DNA from: Nemertoderma westbladi
Lineage: Eukaryota > Animalia > Xenacoelomorpha
DNA length: 64,000 bases
NCBI GenBank assembly: GCA_032718475.1
Contig: JAUCBJ010006750.1
Location: 75,245-139,244, forward strand
Reading direction: 5' to 3'
This document shows, piece after piece, positions 26,538 through 40,366 of this stretch (the stretch's first letter is position 1; the number at the start of each line of letters is the position of its first letter). The notes below the pieces were generated by a model. The model searched no databases. It was not told the DNA's origin and worked only from the letters and a program-made list of their open reading frames with translations. The position numbers and the translations under genes were made by a program.

Positions 26538-27069
26538 ATTCTAAATTATGTCCATTGCAAATTCAAATCAGTTAATTATAACTCCAGAAAGTCTGATTCT
26601 ATAGCGACTGCAGAATAATTCAGTTATTTGTAATTCAGTTTATTATTATTGCTATATAGGCATCTACCATCTTATTGCTACTACATTCAGTATTTACAGT
26701 TACTATAGCTATACATTATTTTCCAACCAGTTTTTTTACTTTTTATGTCCGCTTCTTTTTCAAATTCTTTCCTTTCTACATTTTATATTTTTTTTTTGTC
26801 TTTTTTCATTTCTCATATCATAATTCATTGTACATTTCATTATTTCTTTCCACATTTCATCATTTATTTCACATTTAATCATTTATTTCCACCATTACAT
26901 TGGGGTTATAGCCCCCCGGCTATCATTATTTGTTATAAGCACAGCACCAGGGTGCGCATCATTACATTTTCATCATCATATGCGTCATCATTCAGTTTAT
27001 AGTAGGGTTGTCTGTTTCTTTTCATCATTTCCAAACTACATTCAACCATCTTCTTTGGGAAATTTTCGT

Positions 27070-27500
27070 TGTGGAAGGGGTGTTTCGCGGCAATCTGGGA
27101 TCTACAGCTGGGCTAGTTACACCGCCTACGACCCAAACTGCACACGTAACGGACAATGAAGACGCTGGAAGTGAAGTCACGTGGAATGCACCAGGGACCC
27201 ACCAGAATAACACTCCCAACAACATATATCTCAGCCGACGAAGTCATGTGGGATGGGGTTACGCAACATTCTGGGATCTACAGCTGGACTCGTTATACCG
27301 CCTACGCCCCAAAATCCACGCAACGGTCCCACCAGAATAACCCGACTGAAAAACATAAAACCTCTATCGACGAAGTCATGTGGATGCACCATGGACCCAC
27401 CAGAATAACGCGATAGAGGGGGTGTTGCGCGGTAATCCGGCATCTACAGCTGGACTTGTTACACCGCCCACGCCCCGAACTGCACACGCAATGGACAACA
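27070..27500. repeat. Imperfect direct repeats between pol and ORF3 of element A
   Basis: GGGGT..CGC..ATCTACAGCTGG.CT.GTTA.ACCGCC.ACG at ~27078, ~27256 and ~27419; GAAGTCA.GTGG..GCACCA.GGACCCACCAGAATAAC also recurs. Confidence 0.85.
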
Positions 27501-27775
27501 CAATACAACACAATACAATGGATACAATGAATTCCACTTCAAATCTTTACCATTTCCAATAATCCAATGTAGTTGGTCCTGATGACCAAAATCAGGGTGA
27601 ACAATACATAAACTACCCTGCATCAGTCGAAACATCTGCAGGGTGACGCTGGACTCCACATAACACACGAGGAAACACAAATATCATTGCGTGGTTACAG
27701 TTGGTTTAAGGGGGGTCCATATTCATTGTCGGTAAATCACATTTTAAAAGAGTTTGTCAACAGGATGAGAAGGGT

Positions 27776-30700
27776 TTAAACGGGTTTAGCATTGTCACCA
27801 ATGTCTGCAGCAGGATCCGGAGTAGGGAACTTATCACCTCTCGTGGAGTCACCACTGTCATTGCCTTCAAGAAGGCAAAGCCTCTGGATAGGGCGTTGGT
27901 AGTGGCCCTTTTCCGTCAGTATCGTCACTGTCCTCACAAGTCCATCCTTGCTTGGGGTTATTTCCATGACTCGCGCCATAGGCCAGTGGACGCGGTCTTT
28001 AAGGTCTTCCTTTACAAGTACCATGTCGCCGACAGCGACATTCCGGTATGTGTTATTCCACTTCCTCCTGGTCTGGAGGGTTATGAGGTACTTCTGGGCC
28101 CAGATTCTCCACCAATGTGCTGCCAGCGCTTGGGCCTTTTTCCAGTTGGTGTGTCTCGCAATATCGTTGGGATCTGGGAACATTGCCTCCAGAAGAATGT
28201 TGGTCTTGGGTCTTCCAAGTAGATGGTTGGGTGTAAGAGGCTCCAGATCTGTAGGGTCATCGTGGATGGGTACGATTGGCCGGTTATTCAGGGTGGCTGT
28301 GATCTCGCAGAATGTTGTGCGAAGGGTGTTGTGGGTGACCTGGGTATCCCCTAACGCGACACGCATGGATTGTTTCACCAAGTTGATGAGTTTCTCCCAT
28401 ACCCTGCTCGTATGGGGTGCCAAGGGCGTTTGGAAGTGCCATTGTATATGGTGTTCCTTCCAGACATGGGATGCGGTTTCATCGGTGAACCATCCCTCGA
28501 TAGCCTCTCTGAGTTCCCTTTCTCCTCCCACAAAGTTCGTTCCATTATCGGAGTACATATGCCGGCATGATCCGTTGTTCACCACAAACCGACGCAGAGC
28601 GTTGATAAAGGCGTGCTAAAGGCGTGAGGTTTACTACGAGGTCCAGGTAAATCGCCCTTGACCTAAGGCATGTGAAGATGGCTCCCCAGCATTTGATGTT
28701 GGCTCGTCACTCGATGACTGTAAATGGTCCGAAACAGTCTACGCCGGTTACGTAGAATGGTGGTGAATCGGATTGCAGCCATGTAGCCGGTACGTCGGCC
28801 ATTCTTTGGGTGAGCGGTGGCGATAGGTATCACCTGCAGGGGAAACATCGTTTCAAGACTTTCCAGATCAGTGGCTGGATGTGGGTGATCCAATATCGTT
28901 GCCGGATGTTGGCCATAATCCAGTTCTGGTCCGCGTGATGGTTTTCCTCGTGACACTGCTGGATTAATAGCTTAGCTAGTGTTGACGTTCCAAGCAGAAG
29001 TGCCGGGTATTTGACTTCATATTCAACCGGGGCGTTCGCCATCCGGGTATTTAGTCGGATCAGTCCATCTTCCCCCATCATGGGTCTCAACTGGTAGACT
29101 GGGCTGTCAGGTTTCAAAGTCTTGCCCGCGTTGAGCTGTTCCCATTCATTGGGGAAACTTTCTTTCTGGATGTATCTCACAATACATTTCTCTGCAATAA
29201 TGAGTTCTTGTATACTTCGCCGAACTATCGGCTTGTTATCCTTCCACCGCAGGAAGTTACGAAGAGTCATGACGTGATGGATAAGACGCCTCATCGAGGA
29301 GGTTTGCTCTATCAATAGTTGCAAGGACGTGGCTGGTTGCGCAGTGGTCGCAACATTATAGTGCCTGCCCGAGTCCTTTGCAGGCTCAGTCAGGCAACTA
29401 TAGATTTCCACGGTGGCGCTTCCATGGACTTTGCAAATCTCCTTGTCGTCTTCCAAATATTTCCCACTATCTAGTTCGGGATCGAATCGGGTGCTCCAGG
29501 TTAGTTGTGGTTGCTTTAAGAATCCCGGGCCTGTGATCCAAAGTTTACTCTTACCGAGCTGTCGTGTGGTGGCGCCTCTGCTCGATAAGTCCGCTGGGTT
29601 TTCTTTTCCGTTTACGTGGTGCCACTGTTCTCGGTTGGTATATTGTTTTATTTCTGTGGCTCGGTTCGCTATGAACGTGGTGTGTCGCCGTGATGGTGAA
29701 TGGAGGTAGTAAAGCACGATACTCGAATTAACCCAGAAATGCTGCTATTCAATGGGGATTCTTAGGTTCCGCCTGATCATACGGTTCTGCCTCACGGCCC
29801 AGACTGCGGCCTGCAGCTCGAGTCTCGGGATTGTTGCCACAAATTCTCCGGATACCGTCTTGGCTTTGGAGAATAAGAAACTCGTATCACCGTTTCCATC
29901 CTGATTTAATCTTCTTAGAAATGTAACCACGCTGATTCCGGTATTCGATGCATCCGAGAAAGTATGGAGCTGGAATATATCGGTGGGTATCTTATCGAGG
30001 AAGAACGGTCAAGGGATCCGCATGAGGTGTAGCTGTTCGAGTTACTCCGTCCACTTCTTCCTTTTGGCACTGAGGTGTGGGGGGAGTTCTTCGTCCCATC
30101 CCAGTCCTTTGATCCACATTTCTTTGATCAAGTTCATTCCGGCCAATGTTACTGGGGATATGAAGTTTAATGGATCGAATATGGCGCTCTTTACGGATAA
30201 ACATCCCCTCTTTGTCATTGGTTTGGGCAGGGGGTTATGTTTGAAGATGAACTGATCCAGTTCTATGTCCCATTCGATACCGAGTACGCGGTGATCTACA
30301 CCCTCGGAAAATTTTGTTGTCGTCTAACCTAATTTCTTCCGGGAACCTTTCCATAAGTTCCTTATCGTGGGATCTAAACTTCACAAGAGGGAAACCTCCT
30401 CTCTTTAAACATTCCACCATTCCCATAGCCAGCTGATATGCCTCGTTGACATTATTGGCACCAGCGCATCCGTCGTCTACGTAAAAACATCTTTTGATGG
30501 TCTCTATGACTGTCAGAGGGAACTCATCTTCACACATAGTCGCTGTTTTCTTCAACATGTCGCTACATGCAACCGGCGAGTCCTTAGCGCCGAAGATTCT
30601 GACAATCATGCGCATTACGTCCACATCCTCCAAGGTGAGTTGGTTTATTTCTTGTGGAGTCAATGTTTTATCTGTCCATAATATACGTAGGCAATCTGAG

Positions 30701-33700
30701 TCTCTTGATAGCGTTCGGACCTGGTGGAACATCGCTTTGATGTCACATGTGAAGGCTATTTTTTTTTTCGGAACCTGATCAATATGCCGATCAGTGTACT
30801 GTAGATGTTGGGCCCGGTGTAAAGTTGGCTGTTTAAGGATTTGCCCTGGTACATAGCCGCAGCATCATTTACTACCTGGATTTTGCCGCCCTTCCGGGCT
30901 TCCACCACATAGTGGGTCGGGAGATAATACGTCCATCTAGTCCCCTGCAGTTCGTTTGTGGGCACCTTTTCCACCAATCCATCTTCCAAATAACCTTTAA
31001 TCACATTATTATATTTCTCTTTTGTCTCAGGTAGCTCGTTTAACCGGCGTAAGATACCTTTGGGCCTCCTTAGGGCCATGCTGGCATTATTAGCCATTGG
31101 TCTATCTGGGTCCTTCCAAAGCATGGGCGAGCACTAATGTCCGTCTTTGAATGTTGCCTGGTCAAGAACGTCCATACAATATTGATCTTCTTCGGACGGA
31201 TTCTCGTCCTTTTCAGCGAATTCTTGAGTCTCCAAGTTGAAATATTTTGTTATTTCTCGTTGGGTTTTTTCGGTTTCCAAGAATAAATCCTCATCTAGGT
31301 CGGTTGCTGAGCAGTAACCCACAGATGTTGCGTTCTCTTTGATCTGGCATTTCAGAAGATATGTATATGTGTCGGTAGTCTCTTCTTTGATGCCACAGAG
31401 TGTCCATCCCATGATAGTGCGCTCTGCATAGAAACCGTCGTCCGGCTTTACAGATTGGGCGATGTCTCCAGTCGGTATATGTAGTTCCGGTGTATCGAGT
31501 CCGATTAATAGCGTAATTCTGTTCACGTCCAACGGTGGGCATCATAGGTCCATATCTTCCTGATCTAACTGTATGAGGGGTGCGTATTTGGATGATTGTC
31601 AGAATCGCACTCTGAGATCGGTATGCACCAGAGCATTTTTAATCGTTAGTTTGACCTTTTCGTAACCTTTCATAACTCCTTCCATCCTGAGTTATACCTC
31701 CCCGGACTCCACTACTTTATGGTCCGTTATAGTCTGTATGGGTCGCTTGCAAGGTTCATAGTCTAGGCCTAGTTGTTCGAGGAAGTCCCTGTCTATGATA
31801 GTTCCGTCCGACCCATTGTCCAGGAACGCGAGTGTAGTTAGAGATTTTCCGACCCCTTGGATTCTTACCAGGATCACTTTAGCGAAGACCATATAACAGC
31901 AATTTATTAAATTGACCGTGGCTGATATGCTGGTCATGTGTGATACGTCAGCGGTGGTCTTGAACGGATTGGTATCTCTCCACTGAATCGTCCGGGTACC
32001 CTTGGAGACGTGGTTCATTTCTCCTCTCTGTTTGGATTCGATACGGAATGGTAGGGTGGTGAAATCGAAGTTTGCAGGACTGTGGAGGAGTGTATGATGT
32101 TGTAGGTCGTTACAAACCACGCAGCATGTCCTTTGGTCGCAATCCCGTACGTAGTGACCTGTTCCAAGACACCGGAAGCATCCTCGGTGTTTCATTATTG
32201 CCTCGAAGCGTGGAACGAGTTCGGCGAACTGGAATTTTCTGCAGAATTCCATCTTGTGTTTCTCCCCGCAGAAGAGACATAGAAGGGAGGTTGTGGTGCC
32301 TTCCCTCTTGGGTGCCCAATTAGCTAGATAACACGCCCATTCCTCAGCTGATATCGGTTCCTCATAGTCCTCGTCGTCAGAATCCTCGGCATCGTACTCA
32401 CTGGAGGGGGGCAGAATCTCGGTTTTGGAGTGGGTGCTCTGCTCCTAGAGTTGTTCTCTATTCCGTCTAACTTGGAGAGACTTTGTTTGGAGAACATGGA
32501 GTCGTTGATGGCTTCGGAATATCATCTAGGAATGCAGACATTTCTAGGAAGCTAGGATCCCGATCCGGGTGTCTGCGTCTGAGATCAACACATTTATAAG
32601 CCCATTTGCTTTGCAACCATCCGGGGAAATTCCGGGCAATCTGTCAGAGGTTTAGGATGTTGCTTACTTGTTCCTCCTTGTTCAATGGTTTTAAAGTATA
32701 ATAAGCGTCTTTCATTGAGTCCGAAAACTCTAGGATATTCTGTGGATCCCCTAGGGATCCAGCGTCCTGTATCAGTTTTCAAGCGTCTTATTGATTATAG
32801 TTCCAATGTTACCATATCTCTTATCGAGAGTTTTCCACGCATCGTAGTACGCTGCGTGAGATCCTCCTTCGAAACATTTAACAATTCGGCGTGGTTTGTC
32901 ACCCAGATATTGAGATAAATATACCAGTTTTTCCGCGTCAGTTATATCCGTTGATCCGATCTGAGCAAAGAACCGTTTTTTAAATCCAAGATAATCAACG
33001 GGGTCGCCCTCGAAGGTACGGATCTCCATCTTGGGCATAGCTAGGCGGTTCTCCAATGCTCGAATGATGCCGACGTCGTCCGAACTGGGATGACTAGGAG
33101 GATTGTAGTTACTAACACTCTCTCCCATATATGATGGATCGATAAGAGGTGGAGTTTTAATAATGACGCAGTTATGGATTTTCGGCGTGGATGTGAATGG
33201 ATTATTGGATCGAGGGGTGGCATCCCGTTCCGAGTCCCTTTCAGGCTCGTACTGGGGAACGCTCGGAGCCGTAGGGTTGGAAGGGAGATAGGGTTCCTCG
33301 TTTTTAAGTGTAACCGGTGGGGGATGGAATGCCGGTGCTTGTGCCGATAGTGTGGACCGTATAACTGGCGGGAACTCGGGTTTCGAAGGTTTTGCAGCCG
33401 GTGGCGTAAATGACTTTTCTAATTCTGGGACCGGAATTGGTTCATAGTCTTGTTCTATACCCCTTTCCCAGTCATCGTACAGTTGAAGGTCCCATTCTAT
33501 GAGTGCGGCTTCGTAGTCTGCGAGTTTAGCAATATCCGCATTCTTTTTGTGAATAAGAATCGCTTGGGCCTCGGCATTTCGTTTATGCATTTCGGCCTCT
33601 TGTTTACGTATCTCGGCCTGTTGTTCGGCCTCTACTTTACGCATTTCGGCCTCTTGTTTTTGTCATTCGGCCTCTTGTTTACGTATCTCGGCCTGTTGTT

Positions 33701-34035
33701 CGGTCTCTACTTTACGCATTTTGGCCCCTTGTTTTTGTCGTTCGGCCTCTAGTTTACATATCTCGGCCTGTATTTCGGCCTCCTGTTGATGTCTTTCCTC
33801 TGCTAGTATGTCCTGTTCGATCTGTAATTGGACGTATTTGTCCTCCATACAGGCTTTAAGGGCCAATGCCCTCTGTTCTCGTAGCTGATCTCAGAGTGGC
33901 TGACCCCCTTGGGAGCTGCGCGCTGAACTGGATATCTCGCTCCTGGCGCTGGAGTGCTGGTGCCTCGAGGACCCGGTTCTCTTTCTTGGAACCAATGTCC
34001 TGGTACCGGAGGTCCGTACGGATTCCGCGTCCGCC
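27776..34035 (-). pseudogene. Element A gag-pol polyprotein (BEL/Pao), many stops and frameshifts
   Basis: Coiled-coil repeats AEIRKQEAE; gag core PKMEIRTFEGDP; zinc fingers CFRCLGTGH..C..C..HHTLLH; protease AFLDNGS; RT YVDD; RNase H TFSDAS and IPRLEL; NPADLSSRG; integrase SDNGTNF and PLTPNHLL. Confidence 0.96.
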
Positions 34036-35239
34036 TGTAAAAGCTTTTGTGGGATATAACTGGCCCTTTTCCTTCGTAATCCAGTTTTTCCCCAATGCGC
34101 TCAAATACTCTAAAACTGCCAGATTCGAATGGCACAATCTGCCCGCTGGTTGGCTGATTTGCTGTACGTATGGCCTCTTTGTTCTGTTCGATCAACCAAT
34201 CAGAGCGATGGTCAACCAATCAGAGCGATTCCGCCTTGTGTTAGCTACGGGCTTCAAAGGCTAGGGAGGTTTGGCATTTCGACATTCGTGGAACCTATGG
34301 AATCTGGAGCTCTGCCAATAAGAGCTTTTCCTCTTTGTGTTGAAAGCTACCTGCAACAGCTCACAGAATTCAGTGTGTGTTGGTTTTCCATGCCAGAACA
34401 TCGGCTGTGGAATGATTCTGTGTTTCAGACTTTAGCCAAACATTAGAACGGCTTTGATTACCGGAACATATAACTGTTATCAAACAAACCATACAAATCA
34501 TACCATACATACCTGGCACTTTATATCATACTGTGCATACCTTTCACCGCATTATTTTACTGTTATTTACTGTCGGTTATTAATTGTATCAGTTGATGGA
34601 ACATTGTTATATTTGGATAATATCGATAAAGAATCATAAAACCCCCATCTTCTTGATATACTGAAGGTAAGAGACCGGTTACATATAGCGATTGCAACTC
34701 ACATTATATTGGTTTTGGAGTGAATCTAATGCTATTTAATAGGCACTACATGAGTCAATTGCTGTTCTCTTTATATGTGATCAAATTCAGTGAAGGTCGG
34801 CAGATTGGTATGCAGTATTGTGCGGTAGTGTACATGAATGTTACCGATAACTAAGCATCTCCTAAAGAATGCGCCTTATACGTGAATCAATAGCCATCCC
34901 GTTGTGTTTAGTATAAGTCATAACTCTGTTTACATATTTAGAGCGCCACGTCCTAAAGGAACTGTTAATATTTCCCGAAAGTGAATAATATTTGTCAGAG
35001 ATTATATATTAACGATCAATCGAATAATACAGTAGGCTTACACTGCAATATAGGGTCAGAGCTTCCGAATCCAGTCTCCCGGGTATATCCAGCGGGTGAA
35101 TGGTCGCGCAATAGGCTGGCTTCGGCTAATGTAGTGTTTATTTGTATCAAATACTTGTCATAGGCTAAAGTCGATTTATAATCTAGAAGACATATAAATT
35201 TGGCAGGTTAAACTGCTAAAGGTCTTAAAAGCGCGAACA
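34036..35239 (+). repeat. 5' LTR of element B (1204 bp)
   Basis: Starts TGTAAAAGCTTTT and ends AAAAGCGCGAACA; has CCAAT boxes (ACCAATCAG twice); homologous to 44471-45684 and to the C LTRs. Confidence 0.93.
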
Positions 35240-35278
35240 ATAACAGTTATTGCTTCTTTATTGCAGTAAGCAATAAAG
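35240..35278 (+). promoter_or_regulatory. Non-canonical primer-binding site plus leader hairpin of element B
   Basis: ATAACAGTTAT directly after the LTR's CA is the exact reverse complement of 34470-34480. Hairpin CTTTATTGC-AGTAA-GCAATAAAG at 35256-35278. Function is inferred. Confidence 0.65.
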
Positions 35279-37151
35279 CTGAAGTACCGGTCGACCGGTA
35301 ACCTGTAGGCCTAACTACCTAACCGCCGGAACCGGTACTTACAATAGTATAGGTACTAGTATTATTTCGATTGTGATATATTGTATATTGTAGGCTGTTA
35401 GGGGATTAGGGATTGATCACCCCTTACTCCTTTGTATGGTTTACTTATTTCTGTCAGTTTTATTTACATGTAAGTTAATATTGAGCAGAAGACATGTAAG
35501 CCTGCTCAGATTGTACAGATAATTTGTAGGCTGGACTGTTGTCTGACTGTTATTAGGTCTGAAGACATTGCAGTGTGTGTAGAGTATCTGTCCGATAAAG
35601 TACTAGTTAGGAACGTGGGGGCAGCCAATGCTGTAAGGTAAACCCCCCCGAAAGAATAAGTCGTCCTACTCGGTTAGAACGCATACTAACTAACCATTTC
35701 GGAATCTGCATATACTGTAGTTTATTTAGGCTTGATAGTAGTCTGCCAGCGTTTGGTTTGTATTTTGTTTGAGTAGTCTGTACGGGTAGCGTAATATTTA
35801 TTATTCAGAGTTTATGCGATTACTCGCAACATTCATATCCCCAAGTTTATTCATACAGTAATTGTGCTTGTTATACATACCGTTATAGTTAAATTAACCC
35901 CGGTACTACATCAGGGCTGCTCGGCGTAGGTAAAGACTGGAGATTTTGTGCTTTGGTCACTCCGGCAGATACCGTGGTTCTTTTAGCTGTACAAGTATTT
36001 TAACTGCTGATTATTTGTTATACAAGTACTTGTACCTAATCTAGGGTTTAGTGTACAGTGCTTTCCGAAGGTAATTAGTGTGTGGGCAGTATATTTGTGT
36101 TGTAAAGTGGTTAATAGGCACGTTGGCTCTGGTAGGCCGCGGTAATTAACTTCTAGGTAGGAACACTCCGTGAAACATAACGTAGTACTTATAGCGATAC
36201 AGCTATAAGTCGTCAGACGGTGGTATTTTTCCTATCTGGACAACGCAGTATATTTACTACTGCTTATTATTTTCAAATACCGTAGTATCCTGTCTGCTGT
36301 AATAACCAGATTTTCTAACCCTTTGTTAGGCTGGTTTGTAGATTTCTTGTAAAATTACCCTAAAAATTTCGTACGTGTAATTTTTTGTTGTGTTTATTTA
36401 GAGATTGAATCTCACCCTTATTGTACGTAATTTGTAGATAAGTAACTTAGGAAAGTAGAATTATTTGTTTTAGTGTCAAATAAGTAGCACTTCACTGAGA
36501 GCGCACAGCTTTTGTGTCGTGATTACTTCCCAGAAATAATAACATCTATTTCAATGTTGTAACAAAACCCTCATACGGGTATATATATATATATTATAAA
36601 TCAACTCAAACCGATATATAAAAAATAGTAGGCCTGTCATACAACAATTAGGTCTTAATATCAGTTGGACTACTGCTTAAATAACGGTAATAAAGTAACG
36701 TAAAGTGACCAAGTAACCCCTAAAATTCAGAAATTCAATAATTCTAAAATAATTGACATACTGGTATTTACAATAGGCTTATTATATTTATTTCAATAAA
36801 TTTAGGCTGAACTTATATAACCGGTACCGGTATTCTATAATTGATTCTAGTTTATAATTATACTTATATACTATAAGTGTAAAGTTGTATACCGGTATTC
36901 ATGATAGGCTTATTATATATTTCTATATATTTGTGCTGAAATTATATACCGGTATTCTGTGACAAACCTATTTAACAATAATACTTATATATACTATAAG
37001 TGTATACCGGTATTCTGATACATTGTATATATATCACGTTGCTTAGAGTAACGATATTGGTAAATTAATTACTAGGCTAACATTTGACGCTGAATTACTA
37101 GACTTGCTTTAACTGTAATATAGCAGTAGGCATTCAACTGTACAAACAAAC

Positions 37152-39104
37152 ATGTCTGACACAACCCAATCACTGTCAGATAGTCTCTTAGAAAGTGTTA
37201 GAATGACTGTTAGACAGTGTCTTAAAAAGATAGAGACACCTGTACTCCCAGAACCTACCTCTAAATTCCCTTTACATAGCACTAAACTACCTGTGCCTAG
37301 TAGAACAACCCCTGAGACGGTTCCTGTCCTGGACTCCGAGCGAAATATCAATGATTTATTGCCCGTTGTCCCTCGTCTACCCGCTACTACGTTGATGGAT
37401 CCCGCTTCGGCGGTTGATTGGGTGGATGAGGGGCGGCGGGGGATGAATCTGCATCTGCTCGGGCAGATGCAGGAGACTGTCCACCAGCTCAAGGGAACAG
37501 TAAGGGAAAGTAGGTTAGAGTTGCAAGAAGTGCAGCAAAGCATCGCGTTAGAACGCGATAAATTAGTGAATATACAAAAGGGTATACCACCACCCTCTGT
37601 AACAATGTGTCAACCTGTTAGGTCTGAAGTATTTCATGCGCAAGGTGTGGAGCCTACACGCATCTATACTGCTAGTGAAGTAGAAACTCCTATAGTCAAC
37701 CCTATTAAGGGTAATTATAAACCTGTTGACAATTATATTCCATATAGACCTGATCATAATCCGAGAAATTTATATACTGATAACTCGATATTAAATAATA
37801 CGATGGCCCAAGAAAGTTTTACGCGTCAAATGGCTAGAACCGAAGCCCGTCAAGCGGTAAAGATGGGAGAGATAGTCAAGTTCAATGGAGATGAGATGAA
37901 ATGATTACCTTTTAATGAATATTACAAGGATAACATACAGAACTCTGTGCTATCTAACGGAGAAAAACTTAGATTCCTCATCGAGTGCTTGGAATGATCT
38001 CCCAAGTTAATGGCGTTAAAGTTTATTGGACATCCAGATGGATTAAGACAAGTTTGGGATACATTAAACATCAGGTATGGTAATAGGAATAACATAGCTA
38101 GGTATTTGTATGCGAAATTAATGGCGCCCCGAAAGTTTCTTAGCAGCAGGATTATAGAATTATCTGATGAGATCCAGGAAATCTGTAGACAGCTAGATTG
38201 GCTAGGTAAGTCTCATGAATATGAGAATTCTATGGTTGTAGGAGCCTTAGCATCAGCTTTGCCAAAGGGTGGAGTAGGTACTTGCTGGGACAAAAAGGTT
38301 CTCTATTTGATGGAACAACAACAAAGAGACCCTACCATGGCTGATCTCATCTCATTCTTAGATGGAGAGGTAAAATTACAGCTCCTAAAGCAGTCCCAAG
38401 AGAAGACCCTGGAGAACAAGGTTAGTGAGAAACCCGTTTCTAGGAGAAAGGTAACACCAGTGTGTTATACCGACGAGGGCGAAAGCCAGGCTTCTCAAGA
38501 AGAAGACAGCGGGAAAGGCACAGCAAGATCTTACTATGACAATAAAACACCAAAGGACGTAAGTAAATTTAAGTCTCGAACCAGTGACAGGAGAGAATAT
38601 ACAACAAAAACTCCTCCCACGTCTCCTAAAAGAATTCATGGAAGAAAGCCCGAGGAAAGAACGATCGTGCACCACAAAGCACAGGTTAAAGTAAGTAACA
38701 TCAAACCAAAATGTGTGTTGTGCGACGGGCCCCACCGTTTAAGTGCGTGTAATGAATTCCTGAGGAAATCATTAAAAGATAGATGTGAAGTCATATGGGA
38801 TAAGCGGTTGTGTTATAATTGCCTCAGACGAGGACACCAACGGCGAACCTGTTACTCCGACGCGAGGTGTGCTAAGTGCGGTGCAAAACATCATATCTTG
38901 TTGCACACTGAATTCGATCGAAACAGCCTGAGTCAGGTAAGTGAGTCCGAACTACATGTCCAATTCAGTGATGTGAACGACACTGACCAAAGTTCTCAAA
39001 TGGAAGGATTCTATACGGACGAATTCTCCGACCAAGACGAATCCTGTTACCTAATAAATACCGCAGTGTATCGAGCACTTACGTATGAAAAAGACACCGA
39101 CAGT
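37152..39104 (+). pseudogene. Element B gag (in-frame N-terminal deletion, two premature TGA stops)
   Basis: Near-identical to the C gag (MSDT start, IVKFNGDEMK, CVLCDGPH..C, CYNCLRRGH..C, CAKCGAKHHILLH). TGA at 37902 and ~37995 where C has W and G. Confidence 0.93.
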
Positions 39105-40366
39105 GCCTAAGGAGGTGAGGTCTCTATAGGGGTGCTGTCAACAGGCGGCGGCGGACTCGTGAGGGTCTGGGGGCACATTAAATTTGTGTCTATAGTGCAA
39201 GGGAGTTACTGAAGGCCCTCGTGTCTAGCGAACCATGAATCAACATGGTGCCATGGTACCATCTAGTCGGCCTGTTGCCGTACTGCTAGTCCTGTACACA
39301 GTAGGGGTGGTGGCTTAGTGTGATCTGTGGTTTATGTGGTCTATGTGGTAGGCCTATGTTTGGTATGTATGAGTTGACCAGACTCTTTACTGTCTCCGAT
39401 CGGTTGCCAAAACGTGTCTTTTCCCAGGGTAGCACTATTGGAATGGAGGTGTTGCATCGGAATGGACAGGTTTCTGATGATTCTGTTGGTACTACTATTG
39501 GAATGGAGGTGGCACCCGGAATATCGGCTGCAAGGAGGGGTTGGTGTTGTAGTGTGGTCCGAGTGAATGATACTCTGGAATCTGTGGTTTGTGTGTGTAC
39601 GTGGTATACGTGAGTGTATGTATGGCCACTGCGAGTGAGTATGGGAACCCTTACCGGTTGGTTCAGTCGCCGCTGGTTATTAGTAGGACCATATCTTTAC
39701 TGCGCCCCAGCATATTTTGTGCACACAAAGTTATTATGCCCTGACGGCAAAATAAGGTACTCTCGACTCTTTATCAGTCGATACAATTTTGTCCCCTCTG
39801 ATTTTGTCACTGATATGTCTTTCCCGATTATGTCCTCTGTGTGTGCATGGTATGCGTCAGATTTGTGTTTACCGTTGTATACTTGATTTCGTGAGCATCT
39901 ATTGAGTACACGTGTACAGTGACTGGTAAGTGGTGACTTGTTCCTAGCTTTCGAGCTAGTCAGTATTGTTTGCGGAACCGACTTCCCCTCAATACTGATG
40001 GCGAGGCGGGTGAAAATGTGTCAACATTCCAGGTTGGGTAGCGCAAGCCCACTTGGGACAAGACCGTCGGTTTGGCTCAAGGGCGACCTTGATGCTCGAT
40101 CGCTATCGACTGGTCCACCCGCCGGTTGACTCTCTGAGTTCGCTCAATGTACAGTCAGGCCACAGTAAGTTGACAGTAGCCGACCATCTGGCTACACCGA
40201 CGAGCTGTGCCGGTGTGATCGGGGGATTGAAAATTGAACCCGGGAAGCATCGGGCTACCCTCCGGCCCAGTCTGATATAAACATCAGTCGGACTGGCCCC
40301 AAGGGTGGTGGGAAAGCGTCCGCCTCGTGGGTGCGCCTCGGGGAGGAGCCCAGAAGGACGTAAGCG
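39105..40366. other. Unclassified ~1.26-kb insertion between gag and protease of element B
   Basis: Absent from C, which reads ...GAT AGT GAG CTC... continuously; B resumes at GAGCCCCCA (40367). No TSD, terminal repeat or recognisable ORF. Confidence 0.8.

Larger units (their letters stand above)
22014..34035 (-). mobile_element. BEL/Pao LTR retrotransposon A (5' LTR and gag start missing; carries an extra ORF3)
   Basis: On the minus strand: gag-PR-RT-RH-IN, then a 4.7-kb 3' region, a G23 polypurine tract and a TG...CA-bounded LTR. Cut at 34035 by the LTR of element B. Confidence 0.88.

Noticed and set aside
33803-34446. ORFs 33803-34219, 33856-34137 and 34129-34446 as the start of gag A
   Set aside because: They cross or lie within the B LTR starting at 34036, so they are chance read-through.
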